A stretch of 51,080 nt of DNA from Octopus sinensis (taxonomy: Eukaryota). Positions 36,562 through 48,799 of this stretch are shown piece by piece; positions within the stretch are counted from its first letter, which is position 1; each line of letters opens with the position of its first letter. The stretch covers positions 1 through 51,080 of the forward strand of contig NW_021834199.1 of the NCBI RefSeq assembly GCF_006345805.1, given 5' to 3'. Under the pieces are notes generated by a model. It had not been told where the DNA came from. It was given only the letters and a program-made list of their open reading frames with translations, and made no database searches. Both the position numbers and the translations under genes were made by a program.

Positions 36562-37100
36562 TACAAAATGGGACAAGAACGCAAAACATCCGGACAACTA
36601 GGTGATACAAAAAGGGACAACAAAACATCCAGATAGAACATACAAAAAAAAACAGGACAGGTCATTCGAAGCTTTCTATCCGCAGTCAAGAACCGGATCA
36701 TCCTCGCAATTTCGGCTGATTAATCTTGAGATTGCTCCAATCTGGCCAGCCCCAAGGAAAAACCAAGCTAAGAGCATTAGATTCCTTGGAAGAAAGCATC
36801 GAATGTATACGAAAACAAAGACTGAAAAACAGACGAGGGTATAGGACGTCACCAACAGTAAACAACATGAAGTACGAAAACAAATGAGTCAAATACGCAA
36901 ACAACGAGACAGAAAAATGGAAAACAGGACAAATAACACAAAGAACGACCTTTCATCAGTTGTCGGCTGTCTATCTACCTCTCATTTCGGGCATTCAGCG
37001 ACAAATTATAAATACACAAGCAAATCTCAGTCGACGTCTTTCGGCCATCAATACGCCGTCTGGCTGAAGAGCGAACATAGACATCAGTCACTCAAATTAT
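33911..37100. repeat. Tandem segmental duplication (33911-35599 / 35600-37100), possibly two haplotypes
   Basis: Both units start tagatctcatggggtc and end catcagtcactcaaatta. Flanks differ mainly by 1 bp indels, while the inserts at ~34490-34905 and ~36160-36440 differ strongly. Confidence 0.9.
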
Positions 37101-37529
37101 AAAGACAATATTACTATGTCTTTCTGCATAGCAGTCACAGAAAAAGAAAAAAAATTTCTGATATATACAAGGGACACGAAACCAACAAACAAACTGCGTA
37201 CACACAAATAAACAACACACCAGAATTGTATATTTCTTATATATTTACATATAATGAAATTATTGCATACAGTGCTCAGGTACACTATAACTTCATTTGG
37301 AGCACTAAAGCTTTGAGCACTACAGGTTGGTGCACTATAACAATATTGTAACGACTAATAATATAATCAACTTCAACATCGTAACAGCATAACAATTGAT
37401 ATATAATCTACTTAGTAAATGGCCATATTAAAAATCAATCAGATATTGCTGTTCATTCATTCCTGATCATTTCATTGATGCAAACTTCATGAAACATCAC
37501 CATCCTTACGCGCGTTCGCGTTCGCACAC

Positions 37530-37570
<41 letters not shown>

Positions 37571-37581
37571 ACACACACACA

Positions 37582-37617
<36 letters not shown>

Positions 37618-37650
37618 TACATACATACATACATACATATATAAAAGAAT

Positions 37651-38220
37651 GAAACCGTAGCGGATATATTTTTAGTGCTAGAGTCGACCACATAGTGGTC
37701 ACTCTCTTATATTTACGTATAAAATTTATTGTATTCCTGATTTTTATGCACTAAGCCGCTTGGTGTTAAATTGATGGTACTATTAAATTAGTATCCAATT
37801 TTCTCACCCTTATTAGTTGATTGTAATTATACTGCATTTAATATCTGATGTAGTATCTGTTTCCGTGAATTTTGGCGGGCTTTGGCGGGACACTTGAATT
37901 ATAACGTCGAATGCAATCGACTGAACCGCATGTGTGTTTATCGTTATGGTAAAATCTGGCATGCGGTTGAGTAAATTGTATTCTAGACAATTCAGCTGAG
38001 GAGCTACAGATATGTTATGTGAGTAAAATTACATAATTTATTAATAACGAAACAATTGTCCTGAATTAATCTGCAATTTTGTTATTTTTTATTTGCCCTG
38101 TTCGTTTACGCTAATAGTTGTGCTAACTTTCATCGGAAACAATTCTTCGTGGCTGAAACCGTAGCGGATCTATTTTTAGTGCTAGAGTCGACCACATAGT
38201 GGTCACTTTCTTATATTTAC

Positions 38221-38226
<6 letters not shown>
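37651..38226. repeat. ~72 bp direct repeats (37651-37722, 38155-38226) bracketing ~430 bp
   Basis: gaaaccgtagcggat.tatttttagtgctagagtcgaccacatagtggtcact.tcttatatttacgtata occurs twice and contains the hairpin gaccac/ata/gtggtc. Confidence 0.85.
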
Positions 38227-38266
<40 letters not shown>

Positions 38267-38267
38267 T

Positions 38268-38822
38268 GAAACCCCCTTCGGTCATGACTGACCGTGAGAT
38301 TGAACCTAGAAAGTTACTCTCCTGCTGGTCTTCCATAAACAACCTTGCCCGGACTTGTGTCTGGGATGTATGTATGTATGTATGTATGTATGTATGTATG
38401 TATGTATGTATGTATGTATGCATGTATGCCTGTAGTATGTATGTATGTATGTATGTATGTATGTATATATGTATGCATGTATGTATGCATGTATATATGC
38501 TGAGACACCCTTCGGTCATGACTGACCGTGAGATTGCACCTAGAAAGTTACACTCCCAGGCACAAGTCCGGGCGAGGTTGTTTATGGAAGCCCAGCAGTC
38601 GCCCATATATACCAGCCTCCCCTCTCCACGCCACCAATGTCATCCAAGAGAAAGGCAACGGCCGATACAGCTTGGCACCAGTGACATTGCAACTCATTTC
38701 TATAGCTGAGTAAACAGGAGCAACGTGAAATAAAGTGTCTTGCTCCAGAACACAATACGCAGCCCGGTCTGGGATTCGAACTCACCTCACGATCGTAAGC
38801 TCGACGCTCTAACCACTGAGTT
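38268..38822 (-). mobile_element. SINE family C, full length, with duplicated 3' end
   Basis: Head at 38822. Tail cccttcggtcatgactgaccgtgagattg is present at both ~38508 and ~38273, separated by (TATG)n. Confidence 0.85.
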
Positions 38823-38919
38823 AGTTTGGTAAGACTGACATGTCAGTCTGCTATAGTCACTATAGTCACCCTTCTTCTTCCCTCGACTAGCCCTACAAAG
38901 ATTTTAGCGTTCCAAAAAA

Positions 38920-39296
38920 TCTCTCTCTATATAAAGCTGAAGTTGTCTGTGTATGACAGGTTTGGTAGCCTTCAACTAACACTATCTCCTCCGAGACCCT
39001 GCGGCGCAAGTGGACCACATTTGAGAGTATGATAGAAGAAGGCTTGCTCTTCCTTTCGAAGAAGAAAAAATTCAAATCGGAACATGTTAACACTAAAAAT
39101 TATTTACATCAAAAAGGTGCTTTTTTTATATGAAAATACCTATTTTTACGATTTTTTGACTGCTGTGTTGCCATTTTTTGGTGTATTTTAACCAGGAAAA
39201 ATGTTCAGTTAAAGAGAATGCAAAATTTTTACTTTTCAAAAATTCCAATTCTAAAGGGTCGAAACAAACCCGAGCAACGCCGGGCGATACTGCTAG
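38920..39296 (+). mobile_element. Non-autonomous Helitron
   Basis: a|TC...cccgagcaacgccggg cgatactg CTAG|t. Confidence 0.9.
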
Positions 39297-39499
39297 TAAT
39301 TAATAAAAATAAATATGACTGATTGTCTGCTGGTATCGGTGTATGTGCGTGTATGCGTGCGTGTAAATGTATGACACTGTGGGCTTGGGTGTGCTTGTGT
39401 GTGTAAGCGTAACTGTATGAAACTATGTGTTTGTGAGTGTGCGTAACTGTATGAGACACTTTGTGTGTGTGTGTGTGTGTGTGTATGTGTGCATGCATG

Positions 39500-39577
39500 T
39501 ATGTGTGTGTGTGCATGTGTATGCCTGCGCGTACCTGTGTTGGACTGTGCTTATGTCTGTGCGCGTAACTGTGTGAG

Positions 39578-39624
<47 letters not shown>

Positions 39625-39709
39625 GTGCATGTATGTGTGTGTGTGCATGTGTATGCCTGCGCGTACCTGTGTTGGACTGTGCTTATGTCTGTGCGCGTAA
39701 CTGTGTGAG

Positions 39710-39749
<40 letters not shown>

Positions 39750-39760
39750 GTGTGTGTGTG
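39500..39760. repeat. Two ~130 bp tandem units in a (TG)n field
   Basis: gtatgcctgcgcgtacctgtgttggactgtgcttatgtctgtgcgcgtaactgtgtgagactc occurs twice. Confidence 0.9.
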
Positions 39761-39899
39761 TGTGTGTGTGTATGTGTGCGTGTGTGTGTGAGTTGGTATC
39801 TGTGTACGTTTGTGTAAGAATATAAGACTTTAATTGTCTGCTGATAATTGTGCTTGTGTGTATGTGTGTGTGTGTTTCTATATGTATGTATGTTATTCT

Positions 39900-40038
39900 T
39901 TTATTTGTTTCAGTCATTTGACTGCGGCCATGCTGGAGCACCGCCTTTAGTCGATCAAATCGATCCCACGCAGTGGGACTGAACCCGGAACAGTGTCGTT
40001 GGTAAGCAAGCTACTTACCACACAGACACTCCTGCGCC
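39900..40038 (-). mobile_element. SINE family A with large internal deletion
   Basis: Head joined directly to tail at ...aatcgatccc|acgcagtgggactg. Confidence 0.8.
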
Positions 40039-40157
40039 TATGTGTGTATGTATAAAACGAATAGAGTGTATGTGCACGTAACAATATGTGACTGTGTTTG
40101 AAAGTGTATGTACGTATTTGGTTATCTGCGTAACAATAGATTATGCAATTGTCTGCT

Positions 40158-40765
40158 GGTGCGTGGCTTAGAGGTTAGGGTATTTGGCTCACAATCGTGA
40201 GTTCGAAAACCTGCAGCGCGTTGTTACACGGTACCCCTCCAGTCCACTCAGCTGGCAAAAGTGAGCTGTACCCGTAATTCACAAGGGACATCCTTGTATA
40301 CAAATAAATATATGTGTATGTAAGTGTATGTGCGCGCGTATATACATGCATGTGCGTCTGTGTGCGCACGTGTTTATAAATGAAGGTGCGTGGTTTAGTG
40401 GTTAAGGTATTCGGCTCAGGATAGTCAGGTGGTGCGTTCGATTCCCGGAGGTGCGTTGTGTCCTTGAGTAAGATACTTTATTTTACGTTGCTCTAGTATA
40501 TATATAAAACAAACGATGGATAGGTATTAATTTAAGGCGACGAGCTGGCAGAAACGTTAGCATACCGAGCGAAATGCTTAGCAGTATTTCGTCTGCCGCT
40601 ACGTTCTGAGTTCAAATTCCGCCGAGGTCGACTTTGCCTTTCATCCTTTCGGGGTCGATAAATTAGGTATCAGTTATGCACTGGGGTCGATGTAATTGAT
40701 TTAATCAGTTTGTCTGTACTTGTTTGTCCCCTTTGTGTAGCCGCTTGTGGGCAGTAAAGAAATAA
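40158..40765 (+). mobile_element. SINE cluster: two family C-like 5' parts (40158-40300, 40385-40495) and a family B copy (40533-40765)
   Basis: tRNA-like heads with B-box gagttcga / cgttcgattccc. Family B consensus motifs present. Confidence 0.75.
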
Positions 40766-41144
40766 GGTATTAATTCAGGAATTGACACCTACCCATCTTT
40801 TGTTATTTATCTATTTATGTGTCACCTATCTCGTAACCAGTTTCTCGCGTGTTCCGAAGTATAATATGGACCGTATATTTAATACAATATGTGCGTTTCT
40901 GAATTGGCCCAAGGGCTGATGATTTAGTCAGTTGGGTTCAATTAATTGTATACATAACCGGAATATCTATCTTCCTGTACTCCGGTGCCAATGTTTGTAT
41001 TCGTCTATAATTGCTGTGTATGCATTTTAATGTTGACCTGACCCAGTGCCTTACTATTTAAGCGCCTTATTCAGCTGAATCTGTATACATACATACATAC
41101 ATACATACATACATACATACATACATACATACATACACATACAT

Positions 41145-41175
<31 letters not shown>

Positions 41176-41264
41176 TACATACATACATACATACATACAT
41201 ACATACATACATACATACAAACAAACATATATACATATTATTTTCTCCCCTTGTTTCTTTCTGT

Positions 41265-41310
41265 GTTACTTCCCGTGGAAGAGCGTAGGCTCGAAACGTT
41301 AAAGACTTTT
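41265..41310 (+). other. Degenerate hammerhead-like motif in a short microsatellite-flanked repeat
   Basis: TGGAAGA-gcgtaggctc-GAAAC-GTT-aaagac. G5, A6, G8, A9 and GAAA retained; C3 and U4 changed; stem I poor. Confidence 0.25.
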
Positions 41311-41972
41311 TCACTTCCCGTGCGTTATACTAATACATGTTTGTTGTCTACACTACCTGTCTTCGTCCTTTGTTTTTTTTTGTGTGTGAATTCTCCCTAT
41401 ATATATATATATATATATAAGCGAATCCTGCTCGTTACATATATGTAAGTGTGTGTGTGTATACACGCATAGACACACGCACGCACACACACATATATAC
41501 ACATATATATAAGCGATATAAGTGTGTGTGTGTATACACACATAGACATGTCTATGCATACATACTTACATATCACACACACGCACAAATACGCATACAT
41601 ATCTATACATATATTTATCTAAATCTATGTATGTCTGTACGTACATCCATACATGTGTGTATGCGTGTTTGTGTGTGTACATCCCATATACGTTTTTCTG
41701 TATACCCATACATAGACATATATCTATACATACGCATGTGAGTGTATATGAATGCATGTATCTATGTATTTATGTATTCCTGTATACCGTATATATATAC
41801 ATATATATAATATATATATATATATATATAGATATATATAGTATATATATAATATATATATATATATGTATATGTATATATATATGTTATATATATATGT
41901 ATATATATATGTATATATATATATATATCCGTATTTATATATACATACATATATATATATATGTATATATAT

Positions 41973-42024
<52 letters not shown>

Positions 42025-42193
42025 TATATATATTATTATATATATACACTAACATACAAAAACGGCGCACAAACATACACCATCTAATTAGCTGGCTTCA
42101 GCATTTGACAGTTCTCCAAATACCACTTTGATGGGCGAAAAGAGTTCAGTGTACATACTTGTTTGGAAGAAATACATACATACACATACATAC

Positions 42194-42253
<60 letters not shown>

Positions 42254-42271
42254 TATATATATATACATATA

Positions 42272-42336
<65 letters not shown>

Positions 42337-42553
42337 GTATGTATATATATATTATATATATATATATATATAACATACATAATATATATATATATGTATG
42401 TATATATATTACATACACACACAATTATATAGATGCACACACACACATACACAGAATACATATCTGTGTGCATGAATGTGTATGTGCGTGTGTATTGACA
42501 CCGATGATTGCACTAACTCGATCCCATGACGGGTCGCCGTTTACCAACCTGAC

Positions 42554-42600
42554 CTTTCTCTACATCTGTCACATCAGTTCCTACACAGCTAATTCTGTCT
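42554..42600 (-). other. Candidate small exon (DRISCVGTDVTDVEK)
   Basis: Acceptor ttttttttaattatag, donors AAG|gtcagg or TTG|gtaaac (42544). One open frame. Confidence 0.3.
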
Positions 42601-42754
42601 CTATAATTAAAAAAAAATATAAATATAAAAAGAGCCAAGGGAAGCAACTGGAGTGGGCCAACGGCATGAATTTATCTAAATTCATTGTTAGCACGCCATA
42701 TAATGTATGCGTGTACTGGATGATGCATCTCTAAATTTCGTCTTTTGCCTTCTA

Positions 42755-43450
42755 ATTCTTTCAGTCATTGGACTGCAGCCATATTGGAGCACCACCTTGA
42801 AGGGTTTAGTCGAAGAAATCAATTCCAGTACTGATTTTTCTTTTTTAAGTCTGGTAAATACTCTACCATTCTTTTAAGCCGAACCTCCAGATTACGGGGA
42901 TGTACGAACCAACACTGGCTGTGTCGTAGTGGTAGGGACAAACACAAACACAAAGCTACACACATACACATTACATGCACATACATACACATCACACACA
43001 TATACACACACATGACTCCACGTACCTCCAGATATATATATACTCTTTACTCTCTTTTACTTGTTTCAGTCATTTGACTGCGGCCATGCTGGAGCACCGC
43101 CTTTAGTCGAGCAACTCGACCCCGGGACTTATTCTTTTTGTAAGCCCAGTACTTATTCTATCGGTCTCTTTCTGCCGAACCGCTAAGTGACGGGGACGTA
43201 AACACACCAGCATCGGTTGTCAAGCAATGCTAGGGGAACAAACACAGACACACAAACACACACACATACATATATATATATATACATATATACGACAGGC
43301 TTCTTTCAGTTTCCGTCTACCAAATCCACTCACAAGGCATTGGTCGGCCCGGGGCTATAGCAGAAGACACTTGCCCAAGATGCCACGCAGTGGGACTGAA
43401 CCCAGAACCATGTGGTGGTTAGCAAGCTACTTACCACACACAACCACACA
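42755..43450 (-). mobile_element. Two SINE family A copies (partial 42755-42960; near full length 43045-43450)
   Basis: tttcagtcatttgactgcggccatgctggagcaccgcc...gcaagctacttaccacaca. Confidence 0.85.
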
Positions 43451-43509
43451 CACATATAATTATATATTTTTATATATATATATATATAATATATATATAT
43501 TATATTATA

Positions 43510-43716
43510 TATATATATATTATTATATTCATGCATATATACATGTATAGATATTTAATCCATTATCGTTAGTCAAAATATGTATTTGTTTCGCTTATGG
43601 ATAATCTAGAACATTTTCTTCACTCTCAGATTTATATTTGAGTACTTAATATAAGGGACCAGACAGACAGCTTCTTTTTGAACTGGTCCCTAGAATATAT
43701 ATATATATATATATAT

Positions 43717-43790
<74 letters not shown>

Positions 43791-44003
43791 TCAAATTGAG
43801 GGAATGGAGGCGGTAATGTCCACACTACATAAGTTTCCTAGAAAGCAGAACCTCAAAATAAATAATTACTCAACGAGAGGTACTCCACCAGCTACTCACG
43901 AGGCCGAAGATACCTTAGTTAAATTAAGGTTACATTGTCGTTAAGGAATCCCAAGTTAACCCGCGGTGATATATATACACATACATACATACATACATAC
44001 ATA

Positions 44004-44048
<45 letters not shown>

Positions 44049-44380
44049 CACCACACACACACACAACACACATATATATATATATATATAATATATATAT
44101 ATATAATATATATATATATAATATATATATATATATATAATATATATATTCATGCATCTACATGTATAGATATTTAATCCATTATCGTTAGTCAAAATAT
44201 GTATTCTGTTTCGTTATGGATAATCTAGAACATTCTTTCTTCACTCTCAGATTTATATTTGAGTACTTAATTAAGGGACCAGACAGAAGCTTCTTTTTGA
44301 ACTGGTCCCTAGAATATATATATATATTATATATATAGATAGATAGATAGATAGATAGATAGATGATGATAGATAGATAG

Positions 44381-44413
<33 letters not shown>

Positions 44414-44632
44414 TCAATTGAGGGAATGGGGCGGGTAATGTCCACACTACATAAGTTTCCTAGAAAGCAGAACCTCAAAAATAATAATTACTCAACGAGA
44501 GGTACTCCACAGCTATCACGAGGGCGAAGATACCTTAGTTAAATTAGGTTACATTGTCGTTAAGGAATCCAAGTTAACCCGCCGGTGATATATATACACA
44601 ACATACATACATACATACATACATACATAAAC

Positions 44633-44699
<67 letters not shown>

Positions 44700-44717
44700 A
44701 TATATATATATATATAT

Positions 44718-44760
<43 letters not shown>
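43510..44760. repeat. ~620 bp tandem duplication, probably a sequencing or assembly artefact
   Basis: Units beginning tattcatgcat...gtagatatttaatccattatcg differ almost only by small indels. Confidence 0.85.
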
Positions 44761-44768
<8 letters not shown>

Positions 44769-45482
44769 ATATCCCGAGTGTAGGACAAATCCCACCGAGT
44801 GTTTTGTCTGGGTCCCATCCCACGAATAGTTATGTGGTAGCAGAGTGTGCTAGAAATAGCAGCCAAATTTTTTCCTTTCTGAGGAAAGGAACCGTTTACG
44901 CGTGATTTCAATGTTCCATTCGTTGAAGCCATGCGAAATAATTTAGAAAAGAAAAAAACCCCGCGAAACAAAACTCCGCTGGTGGGGAAACTCCGAAGTC
45001 CCCACCACTCCTCCTTGCCGTTTATTTTCCGGAAAAAAAAGTGGTATGTGACTGGTTTGGAGGTCAGATGCGTTGGATGCACTCGAAAAAACTTGTGGAA
45101 AACAATTATTTCACATCGAGGATCGAACGGGTCCTTTACGAAATATTTATACACACACACACATATACATACACACACACACACACGAATGAGCGGACAA
45201 ACAAATGTAAATGACACTCAACACTGTTGGTACAAGTTACTGATATTATTTAGTACAAATTTGACTTGTCCCTATGCAACTTAAAATTTCGTAGGCTCAT
45301 CAAACGAATCTATCTCGTCAGTCATGTTGAGACCGATTTTTTTACTGTCTCCGACTAATGAGAGCAAATAAGTCGCAACGAATATCCTCATAGATCTGTG
45401 CTCCGCAAACTTTTTTCACTTGCAGTACACTTAAAATCTTTTCAAAATTCGGCGGCACACCTGAACTAAAAATATAACTAAA

Positions 45483-45875
45483 CTAGCAGTATCGCCCGGC
45501 GTTGCTCAGGTTTGTTTCGACCCTTTAGAATTAGAATTTTTGAAAAGTAAAAATTTCGCATTATGTAATTTATTATTCTCTTTAAGTGAACATTTTTCTG
45601 GTTGAAATACACCGAAAAATGGCGACACAGCAGTCAAAAAATCGTAAAAAATAGGGATTTTCATAGAAAAAAAAAGCACCTTTTTGATATAAATAATTTT
45701 TGATGTTAACATGGTTCGATTTGAATTTTTTGCTCTACCGAAGGAAGAGCAAGCCTTCTTCTATCATACTCTCAATTTTGGTCAACTTGCACCGCAGGGT
45801 CTCGGAGGTGATAGTGTTAGTTGAAGGCTACCAAACTGCCATACATAGACAACTTCAGCTTTATATATAGAGAGA
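45483..45875 (-). mobile_element. Non-autonomous Helitron
   Basis: a|CTAGcagtatcgcccggcgttgctcagg...cagctttatatatagagaga|t. Confidence 0.88.
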
Positions 45876-46574
45876 TGTATAAGGGAAAAAATTATATTCA
45901 GGTTACACTGTGGCACACCTAGCATAATCTCGTGGCACGCCAGTGTACCGCGGCCTACTGGTTCCAGAACATTGCCATAGATGACAACGTCATCGGCATC
46001 ATCGCCATAAACAGATACAGCAGAAGCCTTTGCGCAATCATTCGTCATTGGAGAAAAGCAGTCAAATCTCGCTGTGAACCACATTCAGCTAATCGTTAAA
46101 AAAAAAAAAGACTACATTAGACTGTACATGTGACAAATATGCAAAAAAAAAATGATGGAATGATCACAGCTGGACTTTTTTTTTATTCATTGCTCTCTTC
46201 AGTCAATGTTAATTTATGGCAAAACAATAACATCGGTAGCGGCCATCATTATCAGCAAAATGGCCGCAAGAGTAACGATGACAAAGACGACGACAACGAT
46301 GACAATGACAGCAACAACGACGACAATGATGACAACGAGAGCACCACCATTACCACAAACAACAACTAGAAAATCATAAAAATATGATAAAAACATATAA
46401 TGCTTAAAGTGCTTTGAAATAGAAGTACTTCTTATCTTGATGGCGCGATAACGAGGTTGACCGGAAATCGTCTGCTTTAAGTGAGATTTTCATCTTTTCC
46501 ATCATTTCTGATTGCTGATTAGCACAACCGAGATATGAAAGGAACGAATGAGTCGGACAGAAAGCATTGCATAC

Positions 46575-46740
46575 CTTATTAACCTGCGAGACAGTATTTT
46601 AAATGATTTACTAGAAATGGTTAAAAAAAGAAAAGAAAAGAAATATTTAAACCTTCAAGTCTACGATCATTTCCTTACTCGTTGATAATGGCGATTTTTC
46701 TTTGAAGGTGTCTAGCAATGAGGCTTCCTGTTGGAAGCAT
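46575..46740 (-). other. Two candidate exons (46740-46679 and 46610-46575) separated by a 68 nt GT-AG intron
   Basis: Donor CGA|GTAAGG, acceptor tttcttttcttttctttttttaaccatttctag, donor AAG|GTATGC. Joined frame reads MLPTGSLIARHLQRKIAIINDKSFKILSRRLI. Confidence 0.4.
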
Positions 46741-46877
46741 TCAATGTAGCTGCTGTTCTTGTTAACATTATTATTGCTCTAGTGTTTTACTTAATTAGAA
46801 GCATTTTATTGTTCTTCGCGTTCTGTTCCTGTTCTTTTTTTCGCATTTATAACATTTCACACACTAGCACACATTTA

Positions 46878-46915
<38 letters not shown>

Positions 46916-47314
46916 TCACACACACATACACATTCAGCAAATAGCTCTGGCTAATGCTTCCAAGACATAGCCTTGTGACGACGGTATATAACTGAAAGTC
47001 GAATACAAGTGGATACTCTGACGAAATAGAGAAAATAGAAAGGGTTTCAATGTGACTTGACAGTACAACCAGCCAGCTGTCACTCGCGAGTGAATTTGGC
47101 TTGATAAAAGCACTATGCTTTCGTTAGTTGTTTTAAATGCTTTTGTAATCACAAGCAGATATATACATTCTGTCAGTCTCGTATTCTTGACGTTACTTGA
47201 CCCAGGAGTACTCAGGATGTGAAAGCTCAAAGGAAAAAAATCACACAAGAAACCGATTACTACCCATGTACGGCTGTTGTGTAGGTGCTGAGGTCTTTCT
47301 TGGAAACAACCGAT

Positions 47315-47730
47315 AACCATGTACTCCCGCTCCTCTCAGCCATGGTCGGGTCGTCGGCGACTAAACCGGCTCCCCTTGCTGGATCTTGGAGGATGGTGTG
47401 AGAGCACCCATCAGAACTAAAAACAAGATCTGTTCAAACAAGGGCACAAGAGCGCTGTCCTTGCCTCTCATCACACCACCAAACTAAAACCCCAACGGTG
47501 GATCAAGCGGAGGAAGCTAGATCTCCGACCTCAACAACTGACCTTAACGGAAGAGGGCAATGCCAGACGGATTGGATAGAAAGACACAACTCTAATGACA
47601 TTGGAGCTAGCGGCATTCCGCTGCAACCCATCTTCCAGACCTCGCATGTCACTTTAGGTAGGGCCGCGGCAGAAGGATTTAGAACCATAGTGAGTGGAGA
47701 CCCCTTGGCAAGGAGATCTCCACCCTAAAT
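47315..47730 (+). mobile_element. Possible LINE 5' UTR remnant
   Basis: GC-richer island with gggtcgtcggcgactaaa and aaaccccaacggtgga motifs reminiscent of RTE/HERO 5' ends. No ORF support. Confidence 0.3.
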
Positions 47731-47877
47731 AAACTCATACCATTGGCTGGTTTCTCTTTGATCCAACTCTTCCTTCCCCTCTTTTTTTTTCTACACAATA
47801 GCCGAACGGCGTTGGAGTAAGGATAGTGGGAGCAGATTTGATGAAACTAGAAGCCCTCTCTCTATATATATATACAT

Positions 47878-48690
47878 ATAGGTTCATCCAATAAATTATG
47901 CGGTTTTTTCAATTGCATGAATTCAAAGTCGGAGAGAAAAGGGATAAACTACCTGCATCAACTTGCTATAAAAGCAGGTAGTAATTTTACCTTGTACTTA
48001 TTGTTAGTGCTACATTTGAAGAGTTCAGTTCGATTTTAACAGTTACTTTTTCAAAGCTATAATGGAGGTGAGAATGGAGCATGTTCAACATATTTTGCTT
48101 TATGAGTTCAAGAAAGGCAACAACGCAATGGAAAGTGCCGGGAATATCAATGAAGTATAAGGGAATAGGACAATAAGCATAAACCAGTGTCAACGGTGGT
48201 TCCAGAAATTCTGAGCCCAAAACTACAGCCTAGAAGACGAGCTTCGTCCTGGAAGATCAGTAGAGCTCAACGAGAACGTACTGCAGGTCGTGGTGGAACA
48301 CAATCCCATTGTAACTGCTGAGGAACTAGCAGAGAAGCTTGGATTTGGTCATTCAACCATTCATCGACACTTGCATGCCATCGAAAAGTCAGAAAATTGG
48401 ATCAATGGTTTCCTCACAAGCTTTCCTAGTCTAATCACGTGCAGAGAAGGAATGTGTGCTCTTCTTTGCTGTTACGTCTCACTAATGAACTTTTTTTTTA
48501 ACCGAATAGTGATTGATGACGAGAAATGGGTTCTCTATAAAAATGTCAAGCTCCGAAGACAGTGATTAGGAAAAGGAGAAAAACCGGTACCCAAGGCTAA
48601 GGAAGGTCTTCAACCGCGCAAGATGTTGTTATCTGTTTGGTGGGATATGAAAGATTTAGTCGCTTTGAACTTTTAAACCCAAACCAAACC
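47878..48690 (+). pseudogene. mariner element, left end plus degenerate transposase, 3'-truncated
   Basis: HILLYEFKKGNNA...QCQRWFQKF...RPGRS...RIVIDDEKWVLY...RKMLLSVWWDMK, with stops and frameshifts. Confidence 0.85.
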
Positions 48691-48799
48691 TTAACAGACA
48701 TAGCCCGGGAAATATATAGGGAGGTTCCGGCTGAATTTTCTACTGATCCTGGTTCTACTCAGTTAATCAGGATTGACTAGAGTTTAAAAAAGAACAAAG

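Noticed and set aside
45270-45330. Hammerhead on the minus strand (CTGACGA...cGAAA)
   Set aside because: Stem II is plausible, but there is no workable stem III/NUH or stem I.
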